A DNA stretch of 26,768 bases from a virus (lineage: Duplodnaviria > Caudoviricetes), in IMG/VR virus record IMGVR_UViG_3300011444_000021, positions 1 through 26,768 of that record. One strand, written 5' to 3'. Positions 23,142 through 26,768 of this stretch are shown here, one piece after another. Within the stretch, counting starts at the first letter, position 1. Each line of letters begins with the position of its first letter. Position numbers and translations under genes: made by a program. Below the pieces are notes generated by a model, which saw only the letters and a program-made list of their open reading frames with translations, searched no databases and was not told the origin of the DNA.

Positions 23142-23927
23142 TTGAAAACGGCACTTCTCTGGAATACTTATCTCGGGGACCTTCACTGGTTCCGATTTAG
23201 CGCCGCGAGCTTTACCAAGTTCGCGCGCGGACGTTTCCACTCCGTTGCTTGTCTCGTTCCCACTCGGCACCGGGATAATTTTCGGGAGACCTGCGAGCAT
23301 CACGGCATCACCCTTCTCGACCGCCCGGACTGGCCGGACAAATCCTTCAACTGGCACCAGATGTGGCAGTGTCAGGCCGACATGCTTTTTCCTGACGCGG
23401 ACGCCATCTGGCACATGGACGCAGACACGGTGTTTACTGCGCCGTGTGGACCGGAGGACTGGATGTCGGATGGAAAACTTCTCTGCCCCTACGTGAATTT
23501 CGACTATCTTCTCGCGATGGAGGGCCGATTTGGAAACTGGATGTGGAAGTCCCGGGTTGATGATGCAATCGGTGGCGATGTGAAATGGGCGACCATGACG
23601 GGGCATCCGCATTGCCATTACCGCAACGTCTATGCGCGCACGCGCGAGGAAGTTGCCCGGCACACGCACTCATGGGAGAAATACATTCACCTTCAGCAAA
23701 ACTTGCACCCCCAAGGATTTTGTGAGTTTGAGACTCTCGGCGCGATTGCCCAGCGACACTATGCCAACGACTACGTCTGGCGTGATTTACAGAAGGAGGT
23801 CCATCCGTCCATCGGACGAGTGGCTCAATGCTATTCCCACGGTGGACTCGACGCCATTCATCCGTTCCCTCCTCCGCTCGGCGGAATTCAGACTCCTCGA
23901 CAACTTTTTCAACGGCTCGGTCTGTGA
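23142..23927 (+). CDS. GT-A fold glycosyltransferase-like protein (DUF6492-like), paralog 1
   Basis: QMWQCQAD...IWHMDADTVF (DxD), FCEFETLG and SHGGLD. Confidence 0.65.
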   Translation: MKTALLWNTYLGDLHWFRFSAASFTKFARGRFHSVACLVPTRHRDNFRETCEHHGITLLDRPDWPDKSFNWHQMWQCQADMLFPDADAIWHMDADTVFTAPCGPEDWMSDGKLLCPYVNFDYLLAMEGRFGNWMWKSRVDDAIGGDVKWATMTGHPHCHYRNVYARTREEVARHTHSWEKYIHLQQNLHPQGFCEFETLGAIAQRHYANDYVWRDLQKEVHPSIGRVAQCYSHGGLDAIHPFPPPLGGIQTPRQLFQRLGL

Positions 23928-24709
23928 AAACCGCACTTCTTTGGAACACGTTTGGAAAAGACCTTGAGTGGTTCCGCTACTCCGCGGCCAGCTACGCGAA
24001 GTTCGCGCGCGGGTGGAATGACGCGGTGTGTTTGGTCCCCACCAGTGACGCCATACCGTTCATTCCCGTCTGTGAGAAATACGGGATTCGTCTTATTTAC
24101 GCGCCTGCGTGGGTGGACAAGGGTTTCAACTGGCACCAGATGCAACAATGCTGCGCGGACATGCACCTCCCGAACGCGGACGCTATCTGGCACATGGACG
24201 CCGACTGTGTTTTCACCTCGTTCTGCACCCCCGAATGCTGGAAGGAAAACGGAAAATTGGTGTGCTCCTATTTTCAGTTTGAGGATTTGCTCGGTGTGAA
24301 CGAGTGGGGACCCGGAATGTGGAAATCTCGCGTGGACGTTGCAATCGGCGGCGACGTAAAGTGGTCCACGATGACGGGGCACCCGCACTGCCACTATCGG
24401 GAGGTCTATGAGGTAACACGCGCGCTCGTGGCCGACAAACACCCCGAGGGATTCGCGGATTACGTCTTCTCGTGCGAGAATTCCTATCCGCAGGGATTCT
24501 GTGAGTTCGAGACACTCGGCGCGACCGCGCAGATGCTATTCAAGTCCGACTACCACTGGAATCGTCTGGAAACCAAAGCCACGCATCCGTCTGCCGGACT
24601 TGTCGCGGAAGGGTGGAGCCACGGCGGGCTCGACCACGTTGTCAGCGATAAGCTCGACGGAGTCAGCACCGCCCGAGAATTTTTTCAGAAAGCCGGAATT
24701 ACCCTATGA
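23924..24709 (+). CDS. GT-A fold glycosyltransferase-like protein, paralog 2
   Basis: The GTG start overlaps the paralog 1 TGA. Collinear with paralog 1 (KTALLWNT, HMDADCVF, FCEFETLG, SHGGLD). Confidence 0.65.
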   Translation: MKTALLWNTFGKDLEWFRYSAASYAKFARGWNDAVCLVPTSDAIPFIPVCEKYGIRLIYAPAWVDKGFNWHQMQQCCADMHLPNADAIWHMDADCVFTSFCTPECWKENGKLVCSYFQFEDLLGVNEWGPGMWKSRVDVAIGGDVKWSTMTGHPHCHYREVYEVTRALVADKHPEGFADYVFSCENSYPQGFCEFETLGATAQMLFKSDYHWNRLETKATHPSAGLVAEGWSHGGLDHVVSDKLDGVSTAREFFQKAGITL

Positions 24710-25569
24710 ACCATCAAGTCCTAATCTCGTCCTACAAAAAAGATTTTATCTGGCTCGGCCCATGTCTGGCCAGCTTGCGAAAATTCTCGAAGGGATTTTT
24801 GCCCCCGGTCGTCTCCGTTGCGCCCGACGATTATCTCGGCGCGTGTGAAGTAACCCGAAAGTATTACCCCGAGGTGAATGTCGTGGTGGATTGTGATACG
24901 CGCGGGCTGTTAAAAGGAAATCTCCGCGCCCAGCTTTCGATGATGCATTCGGACGTTCTCTGTCCGAGGGCAGACTACATTTGGCTAGTCGGTAGCGATT
25001 GCATCGTCCACTCGGAGTTTTCCCCGGAGCCGTTTTTTCACGACGGAAAACCAGTGATGCTCACCAATAGCTACGAGCATCTTCTCAAGTATGTTCCGCG
25101 CGCGTGCATAATTCCGTGGCAGGATGGAGTCGAACAGGCGCTCGGATTTCGACCGACGCACGAATATATGCGCCGTCTTCCGCTCATGTATCACCGAAGG
25201 CTCTTCAAGGATACGCGCGAAGCCGTCGAAGCTCGTCATGCGTGCGCGTTCACCGATTACGTTTACGACATTCACCACACGGTTTACAACAGCGACCGGA
25301 CAGAGCGGACCGAGCGGTCGGATGCGTCGAACTTCTCCGAGAGCAATCTTCTCGGCGCGTATGCTGACCGATTCTTCCCCGGCGCATTTCATTGGGTATG
25401 CTTGGACTACCAGCCGAATACAATTCCGAATCCGATGATTCAGTTTTGGAGCCACGGAGGACTCGACATGGAATGTGATGTTCGCTTTGACTACTCGGGC
25501 GGGAACACGTTCGGCAAAACGCCGCGCGCGGTCATCACGGAAATTTTAGGAGCCAATGCTCTCGACTGA
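24706..25569 (+). CDS. GT-A-like protein, divergent paralog 3
   Basis: SYKKDFIWL, QLSMMHSD...IWLVGSDCIV (DxD replaced by GSD), FSESNLLG and WSHGGLD. Confidence 0.6.
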   Translation: MNHQVLISSYKKDFIWLGPCLASLRKFSKGFLPPVVSVAPDDYLGACEVTRKYYPEVNVVVDCDTRGLLKGNLRAQLSMMHSDVLCPRADYIWLVGSDCIVHSEFSPEPFFHDGKPVMLTNSYEHLLKYVPRACIIPWQDGVEQALGFRPTHEYMRRLPLMYHRRLFKDTREAVEARHACAFTDYVYDIHHTVYNSDRTERTERSDASNFSESNLLGAYADRFFPGAFHWVCLDYQPNTIPNPMIQFWSHGGLDMECDVRFDYSGGNTFGKTPRAVITEILGANALD

Positions 25570-26768
25570 TTGTCCACAAAAGCAACTTGCGGACAAAGTC
25601 ATTGACTTGATGGGTCAGGACAAGCCGTTTGATGCCGCCCGCGCAATTCTCGCGTTCTCCGGTCAGAAGCAGGAGGTGGACACCAAGGACAAGGCGCTGC
25701 TTCTCCTCAACAGCTTTCTTCACTGGTTGCTAAATAACAAAGGGCGCGAGGAAGCGGCGCTCATGCTCTGGGGTCCGACGCAGTTTGACCCGCGCCCGGA
25801 GTCCACACAACGAATCTGGAAGGCGCTCGATGAAGATACGACGATTCTCTTGATGGGCGCCGCGTCGATGTCGAAAAGTTTCTCCGCGGCGGTCTGGCAT
25901 TTTCTCGAATGGATTCGCGACCCGGAATACACCACGGTTAAGGTGACGGGTCCGTCAGAGCGGCATCTCGAAGACAATCTTTTTACACACTTGGTCCGGC
26001 TCCATAAGGAGAGTCGAATCCCCCTCCCCGGTCAGGTGGGTCGTCTGTTCATCGGGCTTGACCCGCGCGTCCGCAAGAGTTCAATCTCGGGCGTCGTCGT
26101 TCCACTTGGCAAAAAGGCGGCAGGGCGTCTGCAAGGCGTGAAGCGCGACCGGCGCAAGAAGGAGCACCCGATTTTTGGCAAGCAGTCCCGGCTCTTTATT
26201 TTTCTGGATGAAATCGCGAATATCCCGACGGGCATCTGGCGCGACATCGACAATCTTCTTTCTAACGCGAGCGGTAAGGATGGTCTGAGAATCACCGGAG
26301 CGTTTAACCCGACGGACCAGAACGACGAAGTTGGCGTTCGATGCGAACCCCCGTTTGGCTGGCCCAGCTTCGACCCTGACGTTCACTTCGGATGGATTTC
26401 AACCCGCGGGTGGCGTGTTGTTCGTTTGGATGCGGCGCAGTGCGAAAATGTCAAGGCCGGGAAGGTAATCTTTGAGGGGTTGCAGACCAAGGAAGGATTT
26501 GACCGAATCATAGAGAACTCCGGCGGCAACAATTCACCCGGATATTGGGCGATGGCGCGCGGTTGCTTCCCGACGACGGGAACGGTGATGTCCATCATTC
26601 CGCCGGGTCTTCTTGACCGATGGAAGGCGGAGATTATTTGGTATGATTCGGCAGAACCGTGCGGCGGGGTTGACCTTGCGCTCGAAGGCAATGACGCGGC
26701 GCGCTTCGCCAAGGGACTTTTCGGTCGTGCGTCCGGGGTGAAGTTCGCCCCGTCGCTCGCGCATCCGA
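25556..26768 (+). CDS. terL: Terminase large subunit (runs off the window)
   Basis: Hand-translated from ATG 25556 (AGGAG upstream): Walker A variant LLMGAASMSKS, Walker B LFIFLDE, coupling motif GAFNP and nuclease motif GVDLALEGND. Open to the window end. Confidence 0.88.
   Translation, partial: MLSTDCPQKQLADKVIDLMGQDKPFDAARAILAFSGQKQEVDTKDKALLLLNSFLHWLLNNKGREEAALMLWGPTQFDPRPESTQRIWKALDEDTTILLMGAASMSKSFSAAVWHFLEWIRDPEYTTVKVTGPSERHLEDNLFTHLVRLHKESRIPLPGQVGRLFIGLDPRVRKSSISGVVVPLGKKAAGRLQGVKRDRRKKEHPIFGKQSRLFIFLDEIANIPTGIWRDIDNLLSNASGKDGLRITGAFNPTDQNDEVGVRCEPPFGWPSFDPDVHFGWISTRGWRVVRLDAAQCENVKAGKVIFEGLQTKEGFDRIIENSGGNNSPGYWAMARGCFPTTGTVMSIIPPGLLDRWKAEIIWYDSAEPCGGVDLALEGNDAARFAKGLFGRASGVKFAPSLAHP

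Noticed and set aside
23828-23923. N-terminal extension of GT paralog 2
   Set aside because: Alignment with paralog 1 and the GTGA overlap place the start at 23924.
25535-26764. Minus-strand ORFs listed at the right end
   Set aside because: Antisense shadows of terL, which the ORF track missed because it lacks a stop within the window.
1-26768. Stop-codon reassignment
   Set aside because: Long genes (helicase, nuclease, TerL) read through intact in the standard code, and no suppressor tRNA was seen.

Overview
A 26.8-kb fragment of a tailed dsDNA phage genome with two divergent arms. The left arm (1-17074, minus strand) is a replication and accessory region. It holds the N-terminus of a family A DNA polymerase, two Mom-like GNAT adenine-modification genes, a possible histone-fold protein, an SprT-like protease, an SSB-like protein, a DUF2800/Cas4-like nuclease, an SF2 helicase, an HNH-AP2 endonuclease, RlpA-like, HD-domain and dNMP-kinase genes, and many small ORFs. 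A perfect 33-bp inverted repeat marks the divergence point. The right arm (17425-26768, plus strand) holds a probable terminase small subunit followed by palindromic repeats, an RNA ligase, a serine recombinase, a tRNA(CAU) with a cluster of structured tRNA-like RNAs, three GT-A-like genes and the 5' part of the terminase large subunit. The most striking observation is that each Mom-like gene carries a complete 73-nt tRNA-Gly-like cloverleaf at its 5' end, in the same reading register. The two copies have anticodons ACC and TCC, GlyRS identity elements, encoded CCA ends and covarying stems, but their D and T arms are altered as expected for a non-ribosomal tRNA. This suggests a self-contained unit of enzyme plus dedicated glycyl-donor RNA for DNA hypermodification. 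All calls come from reading motifs by eye; no database searches or folding programs were run.
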